A stretch of 64,000 bases of DNA from an uncultured Candidatus Cloacimonadota bacterium. Its GTDB lineage: Bacteria; Cloacimonadota; Cloacimonadia; Cloacimonadales; Cloacimonadaceae. How positions within the stretch are numbered: position 1 is the first letter of the stretch; every line of letters begins with the position of its first letter. A program made the translations under genes and the position numbers. Below the pieces are notes generated by a model. The model was not told the origin of the DNA. It made no database searches and was given only the letters and a program-made list of their open reading frames with translations. Below, one piece after another: positions 63,400 to 64,000 of the stretch. The stretch is taken from contig CAZVXH010000002.1 of NCBI GenBank assembly GCA_964631015.1, positions 36 to 64,035 on the forward strand, given 5' to 3'.

Positions 63400-64000
63400 T
63401 CACAAGCAGCCACTTTTTTGCTGAGACTGGGGATTGGTCTCGATGATCTGCAGGTAGTCGTTTACTTTCCGGTTGGGAGTGGTCACGGGATAGTTGCTGG
63501 GTGTGAAATGATAATGGACGTTTTCCAGATATCTCGCGTAGGTTGCGGGGAGAAGATCCTGGTATTTACCCTCGATTGTACTGCTATAGAGGATTTGATT
63601 GGTGCCGGGGTTTTCCACCCGCACGTTGAGGATCACCCGGGCATCCCTGGTCACTTCTTTCACATAGCCGTTCGCGTCCTTGACGGGAGTGTATATCACG
63701 CCGATCTCGTTGATCCTGTAGGTGACAACTTTGGTGGCTGGAGTGATCTCCAGGGCATTGTTCTTGGTAAGCACGTAAACTGGTTCCAAACCCTCCTGAT
63801 AGTTGACCGTGATCGCGGATCCATTGAGCTTGCCGGAGTCGAGCAGGTTTTTGTGCACTTGGTCAAAGTCGCGGTCCAAAACCTTGTATCCTGAATTCAC
63901 AAACTGTCGGATCACCGCGTCTTCCACCGCCACGACCACCTCAAGGTCCGTGGTGGTGTGGGTTTCGATCGAACTGAAGGTGATCATGTCGGAGACCGTA
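63400..64000 (-). CDS. hypothetical protein. The ORF stays open to the window edge, so the N-terminus may lie outside
   Basis: The ORF continues past the Met at 63987 with no stop before base 64000. I recognised no domain. Confidence 0.5.
   Translation of the reverse strand, partial: TVSDMITFSSIETHTTTDLEVVVAVEDAVIRQFVNSGYKVLDRDFDQVHKNLLDSGKLNGSAITVNYQEGLEPVYVLTKNNALEITPATKVVTYRINEIGVIYTPVKDANGYVKEVTRDARVILNVRVENPGTNQILYSSTIEGKYQDLLPATYARYLENVHYHFTPSNYPVTTPNRKVNDYLQIIETNPQSQQKSGCL

Overview
GC-rich bacterial chromosomal window with about 45 protein genes. I found no rRNA, tRNA, CRISPR array, transposase or integrase. Two proteins end in a canonical T9SS (Por) C-terminal sorting domain, and gingipain-type C25 peptidases are abundant. 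This points to an uncultivated FCB-superphylum organism (Cloacimonadota-like); that placement is inference only. The window has three parts. (1) A very large secreted proteolytic arsenal. It includes a partial C25-like peptidase (1-1347), a transglutaminase-like protein, a 1999-aa C25 peptidase translationally coupled to an M14 carboxypeptidase (10858-18694, minus strand), and a C10 (streptopain-like) peptidase interrupted by one in-frame TGA (26407-28137). It also includes a tandem locus at 43139-56975 with a 1680-aa S8 subtilase, a 2242-aa C25-like protein that lacks the canonical catalytic His, and a 501-aa non-catalytic paralogue. The four giant proteins are built from shared cassettes. 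These are a MAM/jelly-roll-like domain, an FN3 domain and an unannotated ~170-aa module present 7 times. All four end in the same FN3-like tail instead of the T9SS C-terminal domain. (2) Housekeeping genes: polA, PiT plus a DUF47 protein, a GAPDH-like gene, copA, gcvH-gmk-rpoZ-like-udg, a pdxK-like kinase, an Fe-ADH, a MATE transporter, an ArsR/SdpI pair and others. An unusual 1355-aa PPDK-like protein has an ATP-grasp and a swivel-His domain but no PEP/pyruvate TIM barrel, and carries an ~840-aa unknown N-terminus. (3) Intergenic regions unusually rich in structured repeats. These are a perfect 73-nt palindrome (2 copies), CACAGAG-rich ~300-bp elements in inverted orientation bracketing 10.7 kb, an ATTCCGGGG/CCCCGGAAT hairpin family (3 loci), and a ~290-bp composite palindrome with four GTCCC-N3-GGGAC hairpins. 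A divergent cluster of four unknown proteins (4608-8203) is the best candidate for an uncharacterised regulatory or conflict module. All domain calls come from motif recognition by eye and need HMM or structure confirmation.
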